DNA of 64,000 bases from positions 129,402 to 193,401 of the forward strand of contig JAUXXF010000016.1 of NCBI GenBank assembly GCA_030681135.1, in the 5' to 3' direction. The DNA is from Chlamydiales bacterium. Its GTDB lineage: Bacteria; Chlamydiota; Chlamydiia; Chlamydiales; SM23-39. A program made the translations under genes and the position numbers. Positions within the stretch are counted from its first letter, which is position 1; each line of letters opens with the position of its first letter. A model generated the notes under the pieces. That model did no database searches, had not been told where the DNA came from, and worked only from the letters and a program-made list of their open reading frames with translations. This document shows, one piece after another, positions 1 through 8,881 of this stretch.

Positions 1-1583
1 GTTCCTTCCAGTTCTACTGCAGCAAAACGGAGCATTGTTTCGTAATGGCTCTTATGTTTTGGTGCAGTCCTTTCCGTGTTTTGAGGTGAGGCAAAGACAC
101 TAGGGGCGCAAAATGTTTTTTTTTCAGGAGAACTGTCAGGTTGAGGTTCTCGAGGTTGATGGGTAAATACACTGGGCGCTTGGACCGGTGGAATTTCTTT
201 TAGGCTGGCAGAACTTAAATCAGTGCTTTCTGGCTGTGTGCATTGCAGCTCAGAATTTTTTTCTTCGCTTGCGGCTTGCGCGCGGACAGGGGCTTCTGCT
301 ACAGATAAAAAATTCTGAGAAACTTCCTTGCTAAAATCCTGATTTTTCAGATGATTCGTGTGTGTGATCTCAGGGGCTTTGGGTTCATTAAATACGCTGA
401 CAGGAGCAGGAGCTGCTGGGGCGGCTGTAGATTCTGCAGCTGCTAGAGCCTCTTCCAAGGCGTGAAGGCGCTTTGCGATCGCTTCAATAGGGATTCTGTG
501 TTTGCTTCGGATAAGATGTAAAAGAGTCGATTCGAGCGTTACTCGAGGAAAGGCACTCTTTTGCATGGTTTGCTCTGCATTCATCAACAGATCTAAAATA
601 TAAAGGGCTTGAGCTTGCGTATATCCTGCGGAGGCTGTTTTATGTCTTTTACTGACGTAATTGGGCAGCGCTTCCTCGGGCAAAGTTTTGCATAGGCAAA
701 TAAAGCGGTAATGGTCGACCAGCTGTCTTAAAAAATGGCCTAGGTCTTTGCCTGCTTGAAATAATTTTTCTACTAATTCAAAAGCATAAGCTAGCCGGCT
801 TTCTGTAAAAGCTTCATCGAGCGTTGTAAAATATTCCTCAGCAACAAGTCCTAATACATCTCGCACGATACTCAAAGAGACCGCTTTAGGGGAAAAACAA
901 AGGATTTGATCGAATAGAGATTCTGCATCGCGCAAAGAACCGTCCGCAAAAGAGGCGATGAGTTGCAAAGCTTCAGGCTCTACTTCCCGCTGCATATCTG
1001 TAGCAATGTGGGCCAGTTTATCGCAGATTTGCTTTGAATCGAGTCTGAGTAGATCAAATCGTTGGCAGCGGCTAATGATGGTAGGAAGAACTTTATGGGG
1101 CTCTGTTGTGGCAAAAAAGAATTTTGTTTTTTCAGGAGGCTCTTCCAAAGTTTTTAAAAGGGCATTGAAAGCCTCTTTTGTAAGCATGTGGACTTCATCG
1201 ATAATATAGATTTTATATTTTCCATGAGTAGCCACATAGCCGACTGTTTCATTGAGGCGGCGAATGTCATCAATGCCCCGATTGGAAGCTCCATCAATTT
1301 CTATGACATCGAGCGATTGCCCAGATTTGATGTCGAGACAAGAACTGCATTGGTTACAAGGCTCGAAATCTGGACCTCTTTCCAAACAATTTAGGGCTTT
1401 GGCAAATAGACGAGCGAGGGTGGTTTTCCCAACTCCACGGCAGCCGCAAAATAAGTAAGCATGCGCAGCCTGTTCGAACCGCAGAGCATTTTTGAGTGTT
1501 GTAAGAACGTTTTCTTGGCCTACGACATCAATAAACTTTTGTGGGCGATACTTACGAGCTAGAATTTGATATTGTTTTCCCAT
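1..1583 (-). CDS. dnaX: DNA polymerase III subunit gamma/tau; the N-terminus is in the window and the gene runs off the left edge
   Basis: Manual minus-strand translation from the ATG at 1583 gives MGKQYQILARKYRPQKFIDVVGQE... It contains the P-loop GCRGVGKTTLARL, a Cys module CNQCSSC, DEVHML and SRCQRF. The frame stays open to position 1. It is absent from the ORF track because no stop lies in the window. Confidence 0.9.
   Translation of the reverse strand, partial: MGKQYQILARKYRPQKFIDVVGQENVLTTLKNALRFEQAAHAYLFCGCRGVGKTTLARLFAKALNCLERGPDFEPCNQCSSCLDIKSGQSLDVIEIDGASNRGIDDIRRLNETVGYVATHGKYKIYIIDEVHMLTKEAFNALLKTLEEPPEKTKFFFATTEPHKVLPTIISRCQRFDLLRLDSKQICDKLAHIATDMQREVEPEALQLIASFADGSLRDAESLFDQILCFSPKAVSLSIVRDVLGLVAEEYFTTLDEAFTESRLAYAFELVEKLFQAGKDLGHFLRQLVDHYRFICLCKTLPEEALPNYVSKRHKTASAGYTQAQALYILDLLMNAEQTMQKSAFPRVTLESTLLHLIRSKHRIPIEAIAKRLHALEEALAAAESTAAPAAPAPVSVFNEPKAPEITHTNHLKNQDFSKEVSQNFLSVAEAPVRAQAASEEKNSELQCTQPESTDLSSASLKEIPPVQAPSVFTHQPREPQPDSSPEKKTFCAPSVFASPQNTERTAPKHKSHYETMLRFAAVELEG
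201..366. repeat. Diverged copy of the 164-bp MITE-like element (family A), in frame within the dnaX linker region
   Basis: The DNA aligns by eye with 25026-25189 (ctggctgtgt...ctcagaattttt..tcttcgct...aaaaaattctgag...). The encoded HLKNQDFSKEVSQNFLSVAEAPVRAQAASEEKNSELQCTQPESTDLSSASL parallels the element-frame translation NLKNRDFGKKAPQNFLSGVSDHCRRQGTSEDKNSEVKPTQPKTDSSGCFGI. Confidence 0.55.
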
Positions 1584-1670
1584 GCCACACCTTCAAAGGG
1601 ATATATACAAAAGTATGAAGTAAGAAAGTTTTGCTGTCTAGTTCTATATTGAGTTATTCAACGTCTCACA

Positions 1671-1771
1671 TTGGGGCTCCGCCCCAAACCCCGCTAAAGG
1701 ACGGAGTCCTTTAGAATCCTTTTTTGTTTGATTTTTCTCTGCCTTCGCCTGACGGCGATAGTAGAGGAATG
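1671..1771. repeat. GGGGC-rich palindromic repeat (family B), half unit (left arm plus central hairpin)
   Basis: ttggggctccgccccaaaccccgctaaaggacggagtcctttagaatcc matches the arms at 13080, 35056 and 56928. It lies in the divergent dnaX / rhs intergenic region. Confidence 0.75.
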
Positions 1772-1858
1772 TAAAAAATATATTTTAATGATTTGATCTA
1801 GTTAAAATTTCTTGAAAATAACAAGAAAAATATTCACTATCATCTTCTTAATATTTTT

Positions 1859-4800
1859 GTGGGATCTATGGTTAGATATTTCTTGTTCTTTTGGTTGGCG
1901 TTTAGCTTTGTATTTGCGAATGCAGATTTGGAAACAACTTCTCTTAATTCTTCAACGCCTGAACAAATGGCAGGAATCTATGGAGACGAACTCATTGCTG
2001 GGATTGTGAGTCCTTTAAGCGGGCAGTTAATCACCAGCAAAATAGATCTCATTGCGAGAGGTGCTCAAGATGTGCAACTCCATAGAGTGTATGTTCCTCT
2101 GATGATTGAACCTGAACCAGAACATCCTGCGCCAGTATCTAGTAAAGGTTTAAGTAACAAAGAGCGCAAAGTAAAAGACCGTACGGCAAAGCTCGAGTAT
2201 TGTAATCAAAAAGGCAATTATTGGTTTGCTTTGCAGGCAAGTGTATTTGGTGCTCAGGCGGGATGGCGGGTATTTCCTCATCACCGGATGGTTGTTTGGC
2301 ATCATGAACACTCCTCTGAGCGGACAGTTATTTTCGTGGAAGCAAATGGAGCAATCTTCTCCTTTAAAGTATCAAAACAAGGCTCTTCTTTACTGACAGA
2401 GACCTACGGGATGAACAATGTCTCTGGGGATGTTCCAAGTGGAAGTTATGATCCTCGCAATATACGGATGGTTCGCCAAAAAAAGCAGATCATCGTCTCT
2501 TGTCCTGATGGGACGACGAGAGTTTATATCCCGCATCCACCGTACTCTTCGCGTTTTGATTCGACGTTTCGGGTTGATTATGTTCTTCATAAAGAAATTC
2601 TGCCTAATGGTAAAATTCTTCGGTATGTTTATGAAGATTATCGCCCTGCTTCCAAAAATTTGCCAGCGATTGGATTTAAATTAAAGCGCGTAGAAAGTTT
2701 GGACCCTAAAGAGCGTTATGTCTACGCCTCTTTGACGGTTGATGGGAGTCTCGTGTATGGATGGGATACTGAGTTCCATTTTACAACTCATGTAGGGGAG
2801 TATGCCCATTACCACCTTCAGGAAAAAACATGGGCAGAAGTGTTTCGAGATAAAACTCCAGAAGGAAAGCCTTATAGCGTTAAATGTAAACCTCCTCTTC
2901 GCTTTCCTTCTATCTTATCCTCTGTAAGCTCTCCTTTTTATCGTTTCGAGAATGTAGGACATAGCCGCTTAATGCAGATGGAGAGCATGTCTGGAAAAGA
3001 GGCTCCTTATAAGTGTACTTATGGAGGGTCTCCTCTTCGAATCAACGCCATCTATTTTCCGACAGGAGAAAAAGATGCTTTTCTTCCTCTTTATAAAATG
3101 AGCTATGAGGCACCAATTCCAGAGAAAAGAGGAGGCCAAACGGTAGCTCGGAGCATTGATGGTGCGAAAATCGTTTATCATTTCAATCCTAAATTCCTCA
3201 TGGATGAGATTAAGTGGTATAATCCTGAGGAAAAACTCGTCAAAGAAAAGCTCATTCATTGGACCGATCAGCAAAGACTTAGGGGAATTGAGCTGAAAGA
3301 TGGCAATGGCTCTCTTTTTTATGCAAAGTTTTTTGAAAGCGACGCCTATGGCAATCCTGAAGTAGAAACATTTGAAGGAGATTTGACAGGACAAGGAAAG
3401 TATGAAAAGTATGTGATCCGCCGCAAATTTTCTCAAGACGGGAAAAACCTGCTCTTGAGAGAAGAGCATGATGATGGCAAGGTCTTTTTGTACCAGTATT
3501 TGCCAGGCACGAATCTCGTTACTGCAAAATATACATTTGGACAAAACAAAATTCTGTTGAGAGAATTTTCTTTCTATGATGACTCGAATAATCTGATTGA
3601 AAAGATTCTCGATGATGGGGAGACGGAAGAGGCGTTTTGCTTTGTGGGAGTGACTCAAAGGAAGATAACGCGCTATCTCTTGCGTCAAGAGGCTCCATTT
3701 CTCCATTGCCCTCAATGGATTGAAGAGTGGTATTGGGATGGGACTGCGGAGAAACTGCTGAAGAAAACCGAGCTCTTCTATGACAAGATTGGCCATGTTA
3801 ATCGGGAGGAGGTTTATGGATCTGATGGAAAGTTCAGCTTTGCCATTACTCGGACAGTAGATGAACAGGGAAATATTCTTTCAGAAACTAATCCTTTAGG
3901 ACAGATAGCAACAGCAAACTTTACTTCTAAAGGACAACCATCTTTAACGATTTCAGGATCTCAGCGTTTGCAGAAGAAAATGGATTATGATCTTGAAGGA
4001 CGGCTGTATCGAATCGAAGAGAAAGGAGATGAGGGAACTGTCCACTCTACAAGGAGAACATTTGATCAGTTGGATCGATGTACAGAAGAGATGGATCCAT
4101 TTGGTTTATCAACTGTGTATACTTATGATGCTTTTGTCGATCAACCTAGACAAGTAGAAAAACCGCCAATTCTCTCCCCAGATTCTCGAAAAATTCCTGT
4201 AGTTTTCTCTTCAGTATTCGATGCCCTTGGAAGAGAAATTGTGAAGGTGGATCCTAATGGGAACCGTTCCCTGATGCGCTATAATGCTTATGGGAAACTC
4301 ACTTCTGTCATTCATCCAGACGGCGCCCAAGAAAGCTACATGTATTATCCCAATGGAGATCTCAAAACCACAACTGATGAAGAAGGGATTGTTATCTCTT
4401 ATACATACAATGGATTAGGCGCTGTTACCTCTAAAACCACGAGCTCTCCGAGAGGCGAGCTCCTCTCTCAGGAGCGATTTTTGTACAAAGGATCTCTTCT
4501 TACACAAATGGAAGATCCAGAAGGCCGGCTTACCCGTTTTTTCTATGATGGGGCAGGAAGGAAAATTGCTGAAGATCATGGAACCAGTAGGACTGAATGG
4601 ACTTATGATGCGCTAAATCGGATTCATTCCACAAAAGCGATCAATGGGGATCAAACGGAGGTAGCGATCACTATTTATGATCTTTTAGATCGCCCTATCG
4701 AAGAGAGAAAAGAAGATCTATCGGGTCATATCCTTTCCCAACAATTCTATGAATATGATGCTGATTCGAATAAGTCGGCAGTGATTACCTGGTCACATCA

Positions 4801-7381
4801 AGAAACAGTCAAAGAGACATTTGCCTACGATCCGTTTCGGCGATTGACTTGCCATACCGATGAGCTCGGCTCTATGACTCAAACGCAGTATGATGAGAAT
4901 GCTTTGAACGCTTTAGGACAAAGAGTGCTGAAAAAAACAGAAATAGATCCAATGGGGCTACAAACCATCGATCTGTTTGATCCGTTTGGCAACATCTCCT
5001 CTACAGAAAAAAGAACAGATCGAACGTTGAATCTGGAACATTACTATCGGGATCCGAACTCTAATCTGACGATGCAAGTCAGCGATATTTATGCTTCTGG
5101 AGAGTTTGAGCGCTCAGTTACAACCTATTGGCAATTCGATGCCAGGAATCGGAAAATTTTGCTCTCAGAGGCTTATGGGACGCCTGATGCCAAGACAACA
5201 CGCTACACATATACACCTAAGGGACGGCTTTTTCAGACAATCAAACCAGACGGCATCCTCATAGAGAGAACCTATGATCATCTTGGACACCTAAAAACTC
5301 TTGGCTCCTCCGATCAGAGCTGTCTTTATGCTTATAAACATAATCGAGTAGGGGAGCTTTTAGAACTTAAAGATCTTCTCACTCAGGAATCAACCTCTCG
5401 TACCTATGATTCCTTTGGACGAATGATCCAAGAGAAATTGGCTAATGACCTCACTTTACAAAATGCCTATGACGCCATGAATCGTCGTATTCTTTTGACA
5501 TTGCCAGATGGAAGCGGCGTTTCTTGCCTCTACGATCCATTGCGCTTACGGGAAGTGGCTCGCATCGATGTTTCTGGGCAAGTGCTCTATGCACATCACT
5601 ATCTTACGTACGACTTAAGTGGCCATCTTCTTCAGCAGCAGTTGATTGGCTCTTTAGGATCTATGGAATTTTTCTATAATGAACTTGGAACGAAATACCA
5701 ACAATCGAACGCATTTGCTTCTTATCGAGCCCTACAATTTGATCTTCGTGGCAATATCTTAAAGCTTGAGACCAATTCTCCTCTTGGTCTTGATCTTTCC
5801 GAGTACACTTATGATGATCTTTCACAATTAGAATCAGAGACAGGCCTTTTTATAAACTGCTATCGAGCAGATTCTCATAATAATCGACTTCAAAAAAATA
5901 ATAGCGCCTATCGGATCAATGATTTGAATCAAGTTCTTAAGGTAGAAGATCAAACCATTGAATATGATCTAAACGGCAACCCTCTTTCGAAACAGGGGAT
6001 GCAATTTCGCTATGATGCCTTGGACCGATTGGTAGAAATAACTAAAGACACTTCACGTTTGGTATTTACCTATGATGGCTTGCATCGCAGGCTTTCGAAA
6101 CATGTCTATACTTTAGTGTCTAATCAGTGGCAGCTTATTTCGAGCGAGCGTTTCCTTTACGATGGGCAAAATGAGATTGGCGTGGTGTCTCCAACAGGAG
6201 ATCTACAAGAACTTCGAGTTTTAGGATCCACGCTTCACGCTGAAATCGGATCAGCTGTAGCTTTGGAATTAGGGCAAACTCTTTATGCGCCTCTTCATGA
6301 TTTTTGCGACAATGTCGCTTTTCTTGTAAAGCCTGATAATACCCTAGTAGAAGCCTATCGCTATTCTGCCTTTGGAGAAGAGAAGATTTATTCTCCCGAT
6401 CATCAAGTGACAAACAGTCAAGTAGGGAATCCCTGGAGATTTTCTTCGAAACGAAAAGATGATGAATCGGGCCTTATCTATTATGGAAGGCGATATTACG
6501 ATCCTGAGCTTGGCCGCTGGCAAACTCCCGATCCTGAAGGATTCACTGATGGGATGAACCTTTACGCGTTTGTCCATAATGACCCTCTGATCTACCTCGA
6601 TGACTATGGTCTTTGGACGACAAATAGGCCGCCGGGGGCATTTTTCCCTCAAGAGGCAAGACAAAGCGGCTGTCAATTTGCTGCAGGACTTGCTCATCAT
6701 GCCGTGGACTTTGGTTTTTCAACGCTAAAATTCATGACTTCTCTGAGTCCTGGAATCATGCCTCAGGCCTATGCTTTTAATGGGCAACCTAGACCGATGA
6801 GTAGCGACCAATGGCTTGATCAAATGCACCAAAGAGTGAATCAAGCGCTGTTTGGTCGCATGGATGTAAATAGTTCTGCTTTTCAGGCAGGAAATATATC
6901 CGGTAAGATTGTCGATTATGCAATGCCGGCTTTCAGAACAATTAAAAATATTGCTGGATTCATAAAAGGGGGAAGGGAAGCTCTTAGTGGAGCGGGTAAT
7001 TTATCCGAATATTTGTTAAAAAGTACAAAATCTCCTATAACTTTAAATCGGTTTCACCGAGCAGCTTCTGATCTGTCAAAGACAGGGCAGAACAACATTA
7101 GAACCTTGCGTGGATGGGCTAAAAGTAAGGGATGGCAGAAGTTGCCAAATCCTGCTGGAAGACCTGAACAATGGGGAAGTTATGAAGATGGAGTTTTTAA
7201 ATGGCATCTTAAAATAAAACCTGAAGCAAGTATTCAACAAGGTTTAGGTAGTGGAAGTTATATTCCAAGATTTGATGCTAAATTAAAAGATGGTGGAAAG
7301 CATTACATTAATCCTTTTACAGGACAAATAGGTACTGAGGAAATTGGAACTCATTTGCCATTGAATTTTTCTTATTATTAA
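1859..7381 (+). CDS. Rhs/YD-repeat polymorphic toxin with a Sec signal peptide and a C-terminal toxin region
   Basis: 1840-aa ORF (GTG at 1859; ATG at 1868 gives MVRYFLFFWLAFSFVFANA). It has many YD-type repeats (YTYDALNRI, FFYDGAGRK, YEYDADSNK, RYDALDRLV, FTYDGLHRR). The Rhs core end is GRRYYDPELGRWQTPDPEGF...NDPLIYLDDYGL (PxxxxDxxGL) ending near 6613, followed by a 255-aa C-terminal region. Confidence 0.93.
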   Translation: MGSMVRYFLFFWLAFSFVFANADLETTSLNSSTPEQMAGIYGDELIAGIVSPLSGQLITSKIDLIARGAQDVQLHRVYVPLMIEPEPEHPAPVSSKGLSNKERKVKDRTAKLEYCNQKGNYWFALQASVFGAQAGWRVFPHHRMVVWHHEHSSERTVIFVEANGAIFSFKVSKQGSSLLTETYGMNNVSGDVPSGSYDPRNIRMVRQKKQIIVSCPDGTTRVYIPHPPYSSRFDSTFRVDYVLHKEILPNGKILRYVYEDYRPASKNLPAIGFKLKRVESLDPKERYVYASLTVDGSLVYGWDTEFHFTTHVGEYAHYHLQEKTWAEVFRDKTPEGKPYSVKCKPPLRFPSILSSVSSPFYRFENVGHSRLMQMESMSGKEAPYKCTYGGSPLRINAIYFPTGEKDAFLPLYKMSYEAPIPEKRGGQTVARSIDGAKIVYHFNPKFLMDEIKWYNPEEKLVKEKLIHWTDQQRLRGIELKDGNGSLFYAKFFESDAYGNPEVETFEGDLTGQGKYEKYVIRRKFSQDGKNLLLREEHDDGKVFLYQYLPGTNLVTAKYTFGQNKILLREFSFYDDSNNLIEKILDDGETEEAFCFVGVTQRKITRYLLRQEAPFLHCPQWIEEWYWDGTAEKLLKKTELFYDKIGHVNREEVYGSDGKFSFAITRTVDEQGNILSETNPLGQIATANFTSKGQPSLTISGSQRLQKKMDYDLEGRLYRIEEKGDEGTVHSTRRTFDQLDRCTEEMDPFGLSTVYTYDAFVDQPRQVEKPPILSPDSRKIPVVFSSVFDALGREIVKVDPNGNRSLMRYNAYGKLTSVIHPDGAQESYMYYPNGDLKTTTDEEGIVISYTYNGLGAVTSKTTSSPRGELLSQERFLYKGSLLTQMEDPEGRLTRFFYDGAGRKIAEDHGTSRTEWTYDALNRIHSTKAINGDQTEVAITIYDLLDRPIEERKEDLSGHILSQQFYEYDADSNKSAVITWSHQETVKETFAYDPFRRLTCHTDELGSMTQTQYDENALNALGQRVLKKTEIDPMGLQTIDLFDPFGNISSTEKRTDRTLNLEHYYRDPNSNLTMQVSDIYASGEFERSVTTYWQFDARNRKILLSEAYGTPDAKTTRYTYTPKGRLFQTIKPDGILIERTYDHLGHLKTLGSSDQSCLYAYKHNRVGELLELKDLLTQESTSRTYDSFGRMIQEKLANDLTLQNAYDAMNRRILLTLPDGSGVSCLYDPLRLREVARIDVSGQVLYAHHYLTYDLSGHLLQQQLIGSLGSMEFFYNELGTKYQQSNAFASYRALQFDLRGNILKLETNSPLGLDLSEYTYDDLSQLESETGLFINCYRADSHNNRLQKNNSAYRINDLNQVLKVEDQTIEYDLNGNPLSKQGMQFRYDALDRLVEITKDTSRLVFTYDGLHRRLSKHVYTLVSNQWQLISSERFLYDGQNEIGVVSPTGDLQELRVLGSTLHAEIGSAVALELGQTLYAPLHDFCDNVAFLVKPDNTLVEAYRYSAFGEEKIYSPDHQVTNSQVGNPWRFSSKRKDDESGLIYYGRRYYDPELGRWQTPDPEGFTDGMNLYAFVHNDPLIYLDDYGLWTTNRPPGAFFPQEARQSGCQFAAGLAHHAVDFGFSTLKFMTSLSPGIMPQAYAFNGQPRPMSSDQWLDQMHQRVNQALFGRMDVNSSAFQAGNISGKIVDYAMPAFRTIKNIAGFIKGGREALSGAGNLSEYLLKSTKSPITLNRFHRAASDLSKTGQNNIRTLRGWAKSKGWQKLPNPAGRPEQWGSYEDGVFKWHLKIKPEASIQQGLGSGSYIPRFDAKLKDGGKHYINPFTGQIGTEEIGTHLPLNFSYY

Positions 7382-7397
7382 GAGAAGGTAGTTAAAT

Positions 7398-7694
7398 ATG
7401 CCAGATAAAATAGATTTTCTTGTGAAAATCCTTTTAAGTGACACAGCTAGAGAAGATGAAAGAGATGATGCAGCAATGGATCTTGGTAGATTTAGTGATG
7501 AGAGAGCTTTAATTGCTTTAATACAAGTTGCCTCTAACCCAAACGAAGATGAAATGATTTTAGCTTCATGTGGAGAGTCGATAGGAGCAATTTTAATAAA
7601 AAAAAGAAAATATGATGTAGCTTTACTTGATGACCTTGCTCCTATTGCAAAGCATGCCGCTTATTCTTTTATTAAAGCCTCTCAAAATGACTAA
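7398..7694 (+). CDS. HEAT-repeat-like small protein, likely cognate immunity protein of the Rhs toxin (paralog 1)
   Basis: It starts 16 nt after the rhs stop, preceded by gaaggt. The motif ERDDAAMDLGRFSDERALIALIQVASNPNEDEMI resembles the HEAT/PBS-lyase repeat consensus. Paralogs start at 7687 and 8416. Confidence 0.7.
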   Translation: MPDKIDFLVKILLSDTAREDERDDAAMDLGRFSDERALIALIQVASNPNEDEMILASCGESIGAILIKKRKYDVALLDDLAPIAKHAAYSFIKASQND

Positions 7695-8022
7695 TCAAAC
7701 GCAATTATTGATCGAGATTTTACTGGATAGATCAGCTAGATATGATGAGAGGAGTGATGCTGCAATTGATCTTGGATCCTATAAAGATATTAGAGTTTTA
7801 AAGGCTCTTACAAGTATTGTTTCGGATCCGAATGAAGATGATATGATAGTAGACCAATCTGCGGAATCACTAGCGGAAATATGTGTGGCATTAAATATTT
7901 TTAATGAAAGCGAATTTAGAAAAATGGTTGCTTTTGCTCCACGAATTGTTTTTGGATTTGTTATGTATTATAAACCAGAGGTTGTTCCTGAATCTATAAA
8001 AAATGAATTCAGTGATCAATAA
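7687..8022 (+). CDS. HEAT-repeat-like immunity-type protein (paralog 2)
   Basis: The ATG at 7687 (MTNQTQLLIEILLDRSARYDERSDAAIDLGSYKD...) overlaps the previous stop by 8 nt. The track ORF start at 7627 is probably too long. Confidence 0.7.
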   Translation: MTNQTQLLIEILLDRSARYDERSDAAIDLGSYKDIRVLKALTSIVSDPNEDDMIVDQSAESLAEICVALNIFNESEFRKMVAFAPRIVFGFVMYYKPEVVPESIKNEFSDQ

Positions 8023-8048
8023 GAGTGTTAATCGCTTTGGAATGTTTT

Positions 8049-8312
8049 ATGTTTGATAATTTAGCATGCAGAGTTTGTGGATACATCCAAGACGAACCTC
8101 CTTGGGGAGAAGATGGCCAATGTCCTAATTATATTATCTGTGCTTGTTGTGGAGTAGAATTTGGTTATGGAGATTGTAGTCTAGAAGCTATTAAAAGTTC
8201 TAGAAAAAGATGGTTTTCAAAGGGAGCGAATTGGAAATATCCAAAAGAAAAGCCTGAAAATTGGTCTCTAGAAGAACATCTCAAAGATATTCCTCTTGAA
8301 TATAGAGAATAG
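8049..8312 (+). CDS. Small Cys-rich (zinc-ribbon-like) protein, copy 1
   Basis: MFDNLACRVCGYIQDEPPWGEDGQCPNYIICACCGVEFGYGDC... has a CxxC...CxCC pattern. It is a paralog of 10552-10827, and the upstream junction is also conserved. Confidence 0.65.
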   Translation: MFDNLACRVCGYIQDEPPWGEDGQCPNYIICACCGVEFGYGDCSLEAIKSSRKRWFSKGANWKYPKEKPENWSLEEHLKDIPLEYRE

Positions 8313-8415
8313 GCATGTTCTTAATGTAGTTTTTTTTGACTTTATCAAAAAATGCTCTGAGAAGCCCTTGAGATTTGTTCTGTATATAATTGGAAAGATG
8401 TTAGAAAATTAAAAA

Positions 8416-8751
8416 ATGAAAGATAGAATTGAACTGTTAATAGAATTGCTTTTTGATGATGATGCTTCTATAGCTGAACGAGATGATGCAGCAATGGATC
8501 TTGGTGGTTTTTCTGATGACCAAGTAATTACAGCATTATTATTAAGGGCTATGAATGTAAATGAAGATGAGATGGTTTTAAACTCGTGCGGCGAATCTAT
8601 TGGTAATATTTGGAGTAAAAAAGATTTTTTTGATGAAAAAGTATATCATTCTCTTCCAGGAACAGTTCGTTTTGGAGTTTATGTGGTTATAAAATCTCGA
8701 AAGCCTGAATGGGTCATATCCTATCAGCTAGAAAATGATGATTTCAGCTAA
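8416..8751 (+). CDS. HEAT-repeat-like immunity-type protein (paralog 3)
   Basis: MKDRIELLIELLFDDDASIAERDDAAMDLGGFSDDQVITALLLRAMNVNEDEMVLNSCGESIG is collinear with paralogs 1 and 2. Confidence 0.7.
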   Translation: MKDRIELLIELLFDDDASIAERDDAAMDLGGFSDDQVITALLLRAMNVNEDEMVLNSCGESIGNIWSKKDFFDEKVYHSLPGTVRFGVYVVIKSRKPEWVISYQLENDDFS

Positions 8752-8881
8752 ATTTCGTGTGTTCAAATGGACAAAGTCCAGCATAAAGAAGTAGATGGGC
8801 ATTTTGAATGGATTGTAGAACAGGATATGTTGATTAACCATAGATTATTTGTTCCTAAAAGATAAACTTTTGATTTTTAAT

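Noticed and set aside
1812-2009. 65-aa ORF overlapping the rhs start
   Set aside because: It is out of frame with the rhs signal-peptide region and has a TTG start. The rhs reading frame explains the region.
2969-3796. 275-aa minus-strand ORF inside the rhs gene, plus other antisense ORFs at 2390-2590, 6135-6413 and 6344-6700
   Set aside because: It lies entirely antisense to a strongly supported CDS, has a low-complexity translation and shows no motif. It is most likely a by-product of codon composition.
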